DNA from: Caecitellus pseudoparvulus
Taxonomy: Eukaryota; Protista; Bigyra: Bicosoecida
NCBI GenBank assembly: GCA_965644315.1
Contig: CBFFRQ010000020.1
Location: 1-64,000 of the forward strand
Length of the DNA stretch: 64,000 nt
Reading direction: 5' to 3'
Shown: piece by piece, positions 30,901 to 42,900 of the stretch
How the letters are laid out: every line of letters starts with the position of its first letter
Position numbering within the stretch: the stretch's first letter is position 1
Notes under the pieces: model-generated
Databases searched by the model: none
The model's input: only the letters and a program-made list of their open reading frames with translations
What the model was told of the DNA's origin: nothing
Program-made: the position numbers and the translations under genes

Positions 30901-33900
30901 CCAGGTTGGACCCTGAAATGGCCACTGCGGCTGGGCGGCAGCACGTGTCCAAGGTTGTGCCACTCTGCAGCCACTGGAAGCAGCCGTCTGTGGGAACGCT
31001 GGGCACCTCGCTCGGGGGCGTCGTCACTGGTGCTGCGTACGTGAGCGTCAACAACACATTGGCTGGTGCGGAGGCATCTGCCGAAAAGAGTCGGTTGGAG
31101 GGCGGGCCTGTCACCAGCTGCACCGTGAAGGGCCCGCCAGCACCAGGCGGCACAATGAACACCACACGGGTGTGGGACCACTCCAACACAAGCGGATCTG
31201 ATGCCGGGAACTCCTCCTCAAAGCCCGCGCTGGGCAGCGAGAACAGCACACTGCCCGTAGCTGCGAAGTTAGTGCCCAACAGTTCCACCACAGCGGGGCC
31301 TTCCTCAGTGCTGGACGGTGAGAAGGTTGTGCTGCCCCACACAGACGGCCACAGGCTGGCTGCAGCAGCTGCGTATTGGTTGAACATCGCGGTATTGCCT
31401 CGAATGGGACCGGAAGCAACGGCAGACTGCTGCATGGTTGCCCGAGTGTTCATGGGGGGGATGACGCTGCTCCCATCCACAGCAGGCGGCGAGTACGCAA
31501 TGGAGTCAACTCGGGCAGCTGGCAAGGCGGGCGTGTTGCAGTCGCGGGGAACAGATTGGTCCTGCCTGACGTTCGTCAAGCGAACTGCCAAGCAACGCCC
31601 CGCACCTTCCACCGTGTAGCACACGACGCGGGTGGTGGTCCAGTTCGCGGCAGGGCACGCCAGCACATTGCCAGCGACCTCTACACGCGCAAAGTCACGG
31701 GAGACGGCTGCTGTCTCCGGCCAGGCAAACGGGCCGAAGTTTGTCCCTACGATGACCACTTCCTCGCCACCGCGGGTGTTCACCTCGTCCACTTCGGTCC
31801 GCACGGAGGAAGGGCCGGTGTACTTGTACATCCTGAGTGACGTGAGGTGGGGCGGCGCATAGTCCAACTCCACGGAGGGGTTGGGCGCTGACACCTGCCC
31901 GACGACGTCCACGACGATTTGGATGTTGCTGCCCACCCAGTCAGGGGCAAAGAAGGTCAGGTCAGTGTGGCTGCGGCTTTGCACAGACACGACATCGCTC
32001 CAGTATGCGGTTCCGTTCACCAGCGTCGTCGAGAAGTCACTCAGCCTGACGACGGGGTTCAAGCCAAAGTTGCTGCCGCGAATGGTGATGAGGTCACCCG
32101 CAGAGGCACTTTGGCCAGCCGCCTGCGCAGCTGCTTGGGCAGTTGGACTGTCACCAGTGAGCCCCCAGCCCAACACGGTGGGCGCAGGGTAGGTCAGGTT
32201 GCCGATGGTGCCGAGGACAGGCGCCGTGCCGTTGCCATCCAGCACCATGCTGCTTCGAATGACAATGACCTCCACGGTGCCTTCGCCGGGCGGAGCGTCG
32301 CAGACGATCCTTCCAAGCACAACCTGTCCAGAATCCACGGAAATTGTCGAGGACTGTGTCGGCCCAGTGCCATACGGAGCAGGGGAGGCATCAGCACTGC
32401 CGCCGCCATTGCCGCAAGGTGACAGGATGCTGCCACGCCTGAAGTACGTCTTGACTTGGGGAACTGCATCAGAGGCCGGGCCGAGGTTCGTGGCCACGAT
32501 GCTCACCTTGAAGCCACCAGCAGTTGAGAAGCCAGCGAGGGGCGTCACGCTGCGCACGGAGGGGTTATCGTTGGAGAAGAACACGGAGGTGGACGTTTGT
32601 CCCAGCGTGTTCACCCACACTCGCCCTGTGCGCATTCTCAATGCAAAGCGAGCGAAGGTGTGGCTGCGCACGACTGCGCTGCCAGTCAAGTTGCACGCAG
32701 CATTTGCGGCATCCATGTCTGCCCGGCTCACCAGCGCTGACGGGTGAGCAGCAATGCCTGGAAGCCTGCCTTCTGTGTCGTTCGCGGCCAAGAACAGGGA
32801 CACGCTGTCGCGCCCGTTGCCGAAGTTGTAGCCTGACGCTTCGATGATGGTGCATAGCGGGTCAACGTTTCCAAGGCCCAGGTTGGCGATGGCCACTTCG
32901 TCCAACACCGCCAGCGAGTCAACGACGGGCGGGGAGTAGTGGAACACCATGGCGTTGGAGTCAGTGTCGGCCACGCGCACGAACACCTGCACATCACGTC
33001 CCGCACCGGGAGGCGACAGGAAGTCCACCTGCGTGGAAGTCGTCGTGCCCACCTTGGTTGCGGTGGAGAGACCTGTGGTGGTGGAAGCCTTGGGCACTCC
33101 ACGGAACATGACCTGGGGAGGTACCTTCTCGTATCCGAAGTTTGCACCCACAAGGCGGAAACGCACACCCCCCACCGTGGCATTGCCAGTTTCGTCCAAA
33201 GTGTCAATCAGCTCCAAACGGTCAACTCTGGGGACATCGTAGGCGAGGGTCGTTTGGGCGGCACCCGTCACCTGCGATGTCTGCGTGGCAACACGCACGA
33301 CGACGGCGAGGCCGCCGCCGACACCAGGGGCACTCAAGCACGTGATTTGCGAGTGGGGGATGGTAATGGTCAAGTCCGTGCACACAAAGCGCCCAGTGTC
33401 GCTTGACGGGCCGTACGTGATGCCGCCGATGATGCCCGACAAGTCGGTCAGGTTCCCACCCAAGTTCCGGCCGTTCACGATGATGGTGTCGCCTCCACCC
33501 GTGGACAGGGTGCTGACGTTCACGCCTGCTCGCTGCACGTACACTGACGTGACTTCAGGTCGCAGGTACCCGTAGGAGGGTGCCCGGCTGGCCTGCCCGT
33601 CGATGACTGCGGTCCAGCGCAAGTCACCGCCAGCGCCAGAGACAGTCCTGCACTGGATCAGTGTGTGTGCCACCACCACGGAGCAATTGACGGCTGCAAA
33701 TTCAGTGGGGTACGGTTCCCCGCTGAGCCGCCTGGAGCCAGCTCCGCCCGTTTCCTCGTCATCGTCACTGGCGAGGCGGTACGTCACGGAGTCCAGTCGG
33801 GCAGATCCCAGCGGGCCAAAGTTGCTGCCCGCCAGGAACACTTCTTCGTCTCCCGGCGTCGCGCTTGCAGCTCCATCGCCGTAAACCTGACCAAGGATGG

Positions 33901-36900
33901 GTGGGGCGTAGTGCAGCGTGTCCAAGGCCACCTGCCCAGTCCACTGTGTGGAGCACAGGGTCCCCGACGCATCACACACAGTGATGCCAATTTGCACGTC
34001 GTGCTCCCTTCCAGACCCAGGCACTGTTGCACATTCAAGCGTGCCAGCTTGGGGCACACGGCAGTCGTTGGACTCATACCTGTACACTGCATCAGTGGAC
34101 CAGTTGCCCTGGGAAACATGAGCCAGCTCGTACTGAGACACAGATGCGTTGGGTGCAAGCAAGAAGCTGCCGTAACGCATGCGGTACGTGACGGCCAGGG
34201 TTGCCGGCAAGGCAATGGTCGCAGGGCCGAGGTGGCGACCCTGCATGGCGATGACAGTGCCGCCACGGGTCGCGCCGCCCTCCACAGCACCAGCCGCCTC
34301 GTCAATGGGCTTGCTGGTCTGAATGAACTCAGGCGGCACGTACGATGTTGCATCAGCTGATGCTGACACCGCAGGTGTACCGGCAACCGTCAGCCTCCAC
34401 ACGTGCCCTGCGCCAATGCCAGGGACAGACTGGCACAACACACGCGTGTGGCCGCACTCCAGGGCACATCGCGTCGCATCCAGGAAGAATTCAGTGCCAT
34501 TGGGGCCATACGTGGCGGAGATGGCATGGGTGCCGCCCGCGGGCCCAAAGTTTGCCCCTTCAATGGCAACAGTGCTGCTGCCGTCCGTGTCCAGCTGCTG
34601 TTCTGCTGTGCCGCCAGGGAGAGTCGCGAGCGACACAGCGCAGGACAACTCCTCGTCAGTAATCTCCCCCACACGCAGCACCGAGACAGACGGGGGTCTG
34701 TATGAAGACGGCAACAGGCGCGGCGGGCTTGAGATGCCGCCAACACTGACTGTGAAGGTGTGGTCTCGGCCCACACCAGGTACAGTGACACACTGCAGCT
34801 TCGTGTGGGGAACAGTAATGCTACAAGACACCGCAGTGTACAGTGGGGTGTTCCCGGGGATAATGTACGTGACGGTAGGTGCGCCGTCTGCGTCGCTAAC
34901 CACACCCGGCCCGAAGTTCGTGCCCGTCAAGACGAGGGCATCCCCGCCGGTTGTCTCAGCATTCGTGAAGGACGCATCGGCAAGTGTGAGGATGGCGGGC
35001 GCAGCATGCGAGACCAAGTGTGGAGCAGCCGTCGTGAAGTCGGCCGGTTCGGCGAAGTCAGGCAAGCCTGCAGGGGACGTGAAGCGCACCCGCACAGCAA
35101 GGTCCGCACCAACGCCCTCAACAGTGCTGCAGTTCATGAGTGTGTTGCCCAAGTCGCTCGCGTCCTCCAGCACCGCGCAATCCGTCGCAGTGTACTTGGA
35201 GCCGTCAGCGCCACCATACGTCACCATGGGGACTGCGCGAGGCGCTGACGGGTTTTGCTGGTGGAAGGACTTGGTGAAGCCGAAGTTCCTGCCAGTCAGG
35301 AGCAGAGTGCTGCCTCCGGCGGTGGGCAAGGCGTTCGCCGGGCCAGGCGCCGCGGCGCCATCCTGCACCTGCACTCGCGTGACTGTGACATCGTTGATGT
35401 CTGTCAAGTTCACCCGCACGTCGCAGAAAGCCTGCAGGTTGGTTGGGTCGCGCACAAGAATGCTAGCTGTCAATCGCTGGGCATGTTCAAAGTCTGCGCT
35501 GGAGAAGGCCAGCACGACGAGGTTGAACCGTTCAAGGACAGCGTCGTACTTCACGCCGAAGATGTCTCGCCCAGAGCTGTCCTTCGTGTTAGCCACGGCC
35601 ACCAAGGAAAGCTCGCCAATGGTCCGGTTCACTTGGGTGAGGTCCTCGTCCGACACGCTGAGAGCGCCGACCAGCAGCTCCGTCGTTTCGACGCGCTCAG
35701 GAATGGAGAACGGCTGCAGTCCACAGACAGGCGCCTCGTCCACGTCTTGCACATCGACCTGAATCGTCCCTGCCGAGGACAAGCCGCCATCAGAAGCTGT
35801 CACGCTCAGCGTGAAGGTCGGGGAGGGCCCTTCGAAGTTCAAAGCGTTCGGCGCGGCATCTGCGCGCAGCTTCACAAGGTAGTGTGTGAGAGTCCCGCCC
35901 CCCGCCAAAGCAGATGCTGCATCGGAAAATGATGTCGCAGAAGCGACGGAGGTGCCGATGACTTCCAGCTCGAAGACATCGCTCTCTGGCGCAGCGAGCG
36001 TGAGGCTCAGGGGCATCCCATCCTCGTCGGGATCACGCCACGTCAGGTTTGCCAGGACAGAGCCTGGAGGCGTGTTCTCGTCCGGGGTGAGGGAGGCTTG
36101 CAGGCCGGCGTCCGGCACCTCTGGCATATTTGCCACATCCACTACTACCGTGTTGACGACAGTGACGGAGTCCTCTGCATCTGGGGGATGGTCTGTGATG
36201 AACACGTCGAGTATCACCTGAGGGGTGAGCTCGAAGTTAAGCATGGACGAGTTCACTTGCAGCTGCCCAGACTGTGGAGCCATGTCTTGGACATCTAGGA
36301 GGCGCCCACCACGGGGAGTCACATCCCGAACGCGGAAGGTGACATCATCACCGTCCGCGTCGGTGGCGACTAGGAGTGGAGAAATGGCCGCGCCAAGCAA
36401 AGAGTTTTCATCCACGGATCGGGCCACACCAGCATTCGAAAGCACAGGTGGGCGGTTTTGGTTCGAAATGGTGACATTGACTTGCGCGGAAATGGTGAGA
36501 CCTTCACCATCGGCAACCTCCACGACCAGCGTGTGCACCTCAGACGAGGAGAGGTCTGCAAGGTCATTCACGACAACCACTTGTCCAGTAGCATCAACAG
36601 ACAAGTTTGCGCTTGTGGAGCTGATCAAAGTAAAAGTAAGCGTATCTCCCGCGTCTTCATCAACAGCTGCCAGCGGGTCGCCCACTCCGACACCCGCGGT
36701 CGTCAGCTCTGCAACTGTGCGCTGGAACGTCTCAGACGGATCCCATGTCGGGTTGTCATTTTCATCGGCAAGTTCCACGAGGATCCATACAGACCGGGTT
36801 TGGTTGCTGCCAGTGGGGTCCGTTGCAGCAGCTTCCACCCACACGAGTGGCTCCGATACGGGCTGGCCTTCGTAATTCAAGGCGGCAGTATCCAGGATTT

Positions 36901-39900
36901 CCAGCGACCACTCACGCACGGTGACATTGAAATACTCCTCTATCAACACCCCCTGGCCAATGATGGTTGAGTTTGAGTTGACATCAAACGTAACGTTTTG
37001 CTGCACGTACGACGCGTTGACCGTCTCCACGAAAGAGCTTGGCAGAGTCAAGCCCACTGCGCTTACGCCGCGCACGATGCCGTCGTTCGCATTGGTCGCA
37101 GGCAGGGAGAGTTGAACCGCGTCACCTTCATCGTCTGTCGCCTGTAGATACCCAAACACAGTTCCAGCTGGTGTGTGTTCGCTAAGTACGACTCGGTTGC
37201 AAGCAAACTGCTTGCTGCCGCCGAACACTTCGCCATTTTGCGCTGCAGTGTACACTGGCTTGTTGTAGGTGGACCTAGTGTCAAAGTAGCACCTTCTCGC
37301 GTACGGCGAGGAGCCGCTGTTGTGCGTGGATGCATAGTACACAAACCCTCTGCATGTCTGGGAGGCAGCGCAGTCAGCCTGGCATTGTGCTGCGTTTGCA
37401 CGGTCAGACGGGAAGGGCGAGCCAAAGCGCACATCCAGCTCTGATTCAACGCCGGGGGTCGGGAAGCTAACATCAGCGGTGCCAGACAGAGAAAAACCAC
37501 CACTTGGCTCGTATCCCCAACCTGCATGCATGGCCCACGGGGTGTCCCAAGCCGTGAAGGAGGAAGAGTTGCATCTGAACAACGGCCTGTCATTGCGATC
37601 TGTGATGTTAACCTGTACGTTCATGGTATCTTGCAGCGGCTCAGTGTCATCGCCATCGCGAATGCGAAGCACGAGGTCAAACTGCTGCGTGGACTCAAAG
37701 TCGATGACGTCGTTTGCGACAGCGAGCTCTGCGGTGGTCTTGATGGAAGGGATCGTGGAGTTGGCATCGTCGGGATCTGGCACAAGGATGGTTTCCTCCT
37801 TTGCTTCGATTTTGAAGGGGGCACCCAGAGCAGCGCTGCTGCCACCAGCACCAGCCAAAGCTGCGTACTGCGCAGTCGGTCCCGCCACAGAGCCAGGCGA
37901 CACGCGGTTTTGGTTTCCCGAGACAATGATGACTTCAATTCCTTGCTCGTCCAGAGGCAGGGCGGCGACGTCTTGATCGGTGAAATCGATGGCCGTGATG
38001 ACGGTGTCAGGTGGCGTGTTCTCCTGGATAGAGAAGGTGTATGGAGGACTGTCGTCAAGCCACTCTGGTGCCTCATTCACGTTCTGCAACCGAACGGTGA
38101 CGTTCATGACTGTGACTCCGATGGGGAAGCCGTTTCCCCGCCCTCCATCATCAGTCACTTGCACTTCCAGCAGGAAGCTGGTGTCCTCTTCATAATCGAA
38201 AGCTTCATCGCCGGCACTCGACACGGTGATGGCACCGGTGGTCGAGGCCATGTCCAGCCATGCAAGGTACTTTGCAGGGTATGTTGCCAACGCGGCGTAC
38301 GTCAACGTATCGCCGTCTTCGTCTGTTGCAGCTAGAGTGCCAACCGCCGAGCCTTGGGCAGAGTTCTCGATGACAGTCAGGCTCTGCGACGCCGACACGC
38401 TGGGAGGGTCATTGGCATCGAGGACGTGGATGTTGATGAGGGCTGTCGCCTGGAACTCAGTGTCGTTGACCATGGCCAGAAGTGAGAAAGAGTTCAGGGC
38501 CGGGTTTTCGTAGTCAAGGAGGTTGGGCTTCGTCGTCACGAGCTGTGCTGTTGACCGCGTCCCGACGGTGGGAAGGGACTGCACGTCAAACTGATCAACA
38601 GCGTCGGTGATGATGACGGACCATGCCAGGTCGTCACCGTCTTGGTCTGTGCCATTCAGTGGCCAAATGGCCAAAGGTGCTCCGACTATGCCGTTCTCAT
38701 ACACATATGCATCTTGCGGCGACAGCTCCGGCGGGTCATTCTTGTTGATGATGTTGATGCGAACAACCCGGGTCACGTTCAGGGGCGGGTAGCCATCATC
38801 CAGAGCCATGATTGTGACGTTGTACTCTGCCTGCTCCTCAAAATCAGGGGGGTTACGCACCCGGAACTGGCCAGAGCAGGCACCGATGGAGAACGTGTTG
38901 TGGTCGTTGCCTGCCACAATGGAAAACAGCACTAGTTGGCCGTCGTCTTCGTCAGAGCCTTCGATAGGAGTGCCCACCTTTGTGTTCACAGGAGCTTCTT
39001 CAATGATGGACCGCACTGGGTTGTCCTCCAGAACGGGGTGGTCGTTGATGTCCCGCACTTGGAAGTAGGGCAGAGCCAAGGAGCTCAGCCTGCCGTCGCT
39101 GACCTCTACCCCTGCCGCCAGGAAAGCCGTGGACACAGACAGGTCATCAGTGCGATTGCGGTAGAGTTCGCGCAGGTACTCGTAGTTCAAGAACGTCGGG
39201 TCTGCCACATACACCTCCCCAGTGGAAGCATTGACCGCCAGGACGTTTCCGACGTTGCCCGAGATGATCGTGAAAGACAATCCACAGGTTGCCAGATCTG
39301 GGCAGTCTCCGTCTTGGGCATTCAAATCCGCGACCACGGTGCCAAACGGCAAGTTCTCGTCAATCACCGTGAACGGGCCTGAGGCACGGGGAGGCTCTTC
39401 GACATTCAGCAGCTCCACGTTGGCTGTCACGACGTCCACAGCGGAAGCCTGAGATGCCCATGCCTTCATGTGCATGGTTGCCACCACTGCATCGACGCGC
39501 TGGTCCCACCCCCAACCATGGTTGATCCAGACGACACGCTGGGGTGAATGGCTGGAGCCGATGCGCCGTGATGCCGCCCACATGCGGGTGTGGGTCTCGT
39601 TGTAGGCGTACGCAACTCCGCCGTAGTTCACATAACTGTAGTAGCCACACATCTGGGGTGTCGTTCCTTTCATGTCAAAGCGGAAGCCTTGGCCTGCACC
39701 GGTGTTCACTTGCGCAAGCACTTGCACCTGCCCGGGCAATCGGCCCAAGTCATGCCTCACCTCCGCATGGGCGAGGGAGTGTGAGTGCAGATCAAATGGT
39801 GGGTGCTCGTAGCTCGGCGGGTTCACGTCATCATCCGCCCGCCATGCCTGGACACGCAGTGCCACAGTCAGCGTCTCGGATGGCATCGCCTGCCCACCCC

Positions 39901-42900
39901 ATGCATCCCCAGTTCGCAGGGCGTAACCCACTCCCACTCGAGTTGTTGGCAAGTGAGTGCGCACCATGTAGTCGTTGTATGCGTACACCACAGCGCCATG
40001 CCGGTACTCCCAGTTGCCGTTGTCGACTTGAGCACTGCCGACAGCTTCGAAGACGAAGCCCGCGTTCCAGCCGTCAAGGAACTTAGCCAGCACTCGCACG
40101 CGCCCAGGAAGCTCGCCAAGGTTGTGCCACACAACTTGATAGGAACCTCGGTTTTTGTGAGCGTACGCTGTGAACCAGCCTGAGTCGAAATCGGGCGGAA
40201 TCTCGGGCGCCGCGGTCACTTTGACTTCCACCATGTGGGAACGCTGCTCCCACGCTTCCCGCGTGACGACGCCACCCTCATAGATGCCTCCCCAGCCTTG
40301 ACCAGTGTTCCAAGCTGAACCTATGCCAGACCGCTTGTGGACGGTCGGCGCCCACAAGCGGACACCTTCGCGACCCCACCCAAAGTGCACCCCGCCATAC
40401 CTGAAGAGGTAGTGAGCATCGTGCACAAACACGCCCGGCGTGCCATGCATGATGAAGCCCTTGTTGGGGCCATCCACTGCTCGCACTTGAACAGTGACAC
40501 GCAAGGAGGCGGGGTCTTGGTCAACCAAGTGGGGGATTTCAGTGAATGACAGCTGCCCGGCTTGGGAACCAAACTTTACCCACCCACTGTCGTACAAGGC
40601 GCGTTCACCCGCGACCTGCACTTGGAAGGTTTGCGAAGTTTCGAAGTCCAGGCGCTCAGACTTATGCACGACGATGCTGCCAGTAGCGCCATCCACGACA
40701 AAGGGTGCATCTGAGGCTGCGTTCACGACGTAGAAGCCACCCACTCGGGCGCCAGGCTCCAAGGCAAGGGGGACGTTCGCTTCAGACAGAGGGGCCGAAT
40801 TCTCGGGAAGTGTAACGTTCTGCTCACGGCAAGTGAACAAGGTGGAGGTCCGGGCCACTTCGCCTGAGGAGGCGCTCTGCACTGAGGAAGTGATGAAGGA
40901 GGCTGCAGATGTCTCGTTGCCGTCGGGCCGCCGCTTGCCGATGGCGGACCAAGAAATGGACCCACCGATCTCCCCGGTTGTGTCAAGATCCCCGACTGGT
41001 GCCGCAGAGGACTCCAGCGCCCCCAACCCTCTGATGCCCACCTTTTGCAGAGCGCCTTCCAAAATAGTCGTGTTCACGGGCGACAGCAAGTCCACGCTGA
41101 CATGGTCATACCAATCGTGGTACGAAAACCAGTTATAAATGCCCACCGTCCCGTTCAGAATGGCATCAGGGTCCATGTCCCAGAAGTCCACGAAGACTCG
41201 GTTCTCGATCTTCACAACGATGTGCCGGCCACGAACTGTGACTTGCCATGGGGCCCAGATTCGCTTCGGAGGAAGGCTGATCTCAGCATCACTCAAATGA
41301 ACAAGGCAATTCGTCGGGTTGCCAGCGACCATTTTGTAGAAGCACACGTAGCTGCCACCGCCCAAGTCTAACTGGGCGTAAACGCGGTAGTATGTATCGT
41401 TTGACGCAACACGGAACGTGACGCTTCCGTGCCTCTCATGTGTGTACATCCACGTGTTGAACTGGTAGTCACGCCAGGAGCTCATGGCGACGGGGTCCGC
41501 ATAGTAGGCATGAACCCCACCCCACCTTTGGGGATTTGAGCCTTGAGAAGCGCTGTTTCGACTGCGCTCTGTGGACCAACCAATGCCTGCAACATCTGAG
41601 TGCAAAGGAGAGCCCCATGCGCGGCCCACTTGGTGAAGCCTGCTGTGCTCAATGAAGAACTTGCCTGACACGCTCTCTGTGCGGACGCCTTCGTGGTTCT
41701 GCACCCACTTCGCACCCAGCTCAGCCTCCGCCTCCCTGCAGCACATGACATACGTATCTTGGTACGTGCTGAAGAAAGCGTCATTGTTAGTCTGAGATGG
41801 CTCCACATTCTCGAAGAAGTCGCACGCCTCTTGGTTTGTGTGGCCGCGCCCAATGGCCATCCACGTGTCCCGGCCTGCCAGAGCCAAGTATGCTCGCCCA
41901 TCCCGAGACTTGCCGTTGAATCGCAGCCAGCCGTAGGGGTGTCCGCTGTACCATTTTCCCGTGCACACCTCCTCGGCAGGGCACAGCTGGGCCTTCTGCT
42001 GCGCACAAGTCTCACGAGCCATGTCCCATGTGGAGAAGGGGTGGTGCTGAAAGTAACCAAGCCCAGGCGCTGCGATCACGGTCCGGCGAAGCGTGTCATG
42101 GTAGTAGCGTGTGACGAAGTTCTCCAAGTACACCTGCTGTCGCAAGGGTCTCATGTTCTGGGCAGCGATCATGACAGTCTCGCCTTCAGCAACAGAGTCG
42201 ATGAACGCCGCGAATGTCTCCGCATGTCCAGGGCCGCTCATGGGGAACTGCTGCACTGACGACACCACGGCATTCTCCTGGTCAACAACTGCCACTTTCA
42301 GTCCAGAGAATGTTGGGTCATACACCCCTGACGGCTCCAAGGCTTGGCCATTGACCAACAGCTTCGCATAAGTGGACGCGATGCTCTGGACAAACACACG
42401 CCTGACGCGAATGGCATCCGTGTTACCAGCATCTGCATGACCGCCAAACCTGAACCGAACATACCGGGCTAGAACTGGGGTAAGTTCGGTTGCAAACAAC
42501 TCCTCACGGACAATGTCAGAGCCATCGGCAGCTGCCAGAGTCGCAAACGGCGTCCAAGGCCCAGATGATCCCAGGCTATGTTCAACCTCCAATGTCTCGC
42601 CAGGCAAGGCAACAGCCAAGTCAAACCTGGCCCCCACTTGTGTGAACGACTGCGGTGACCCCAAGTCGATTACTAAGGACTGCTCAGATTGCCCCGTGCC
42701 AGGCGAAAAGGTCCACCCAGCCAGATCATCGGGGGGCTGGACAAAGCCAAGCAGGTGCCCTTCTGCAGCTCCCGGCGTAGGCGACGAATCAGAAGCTTGG
42801 AAGCTGGAGGAGGCACTGACCGAGGCAAGCATGCTGATTTGGTTGATGCTCTGTTCCTGGGGCATGGGGAACTCCACCACGTAGCCTCGCACTGAGTTTG

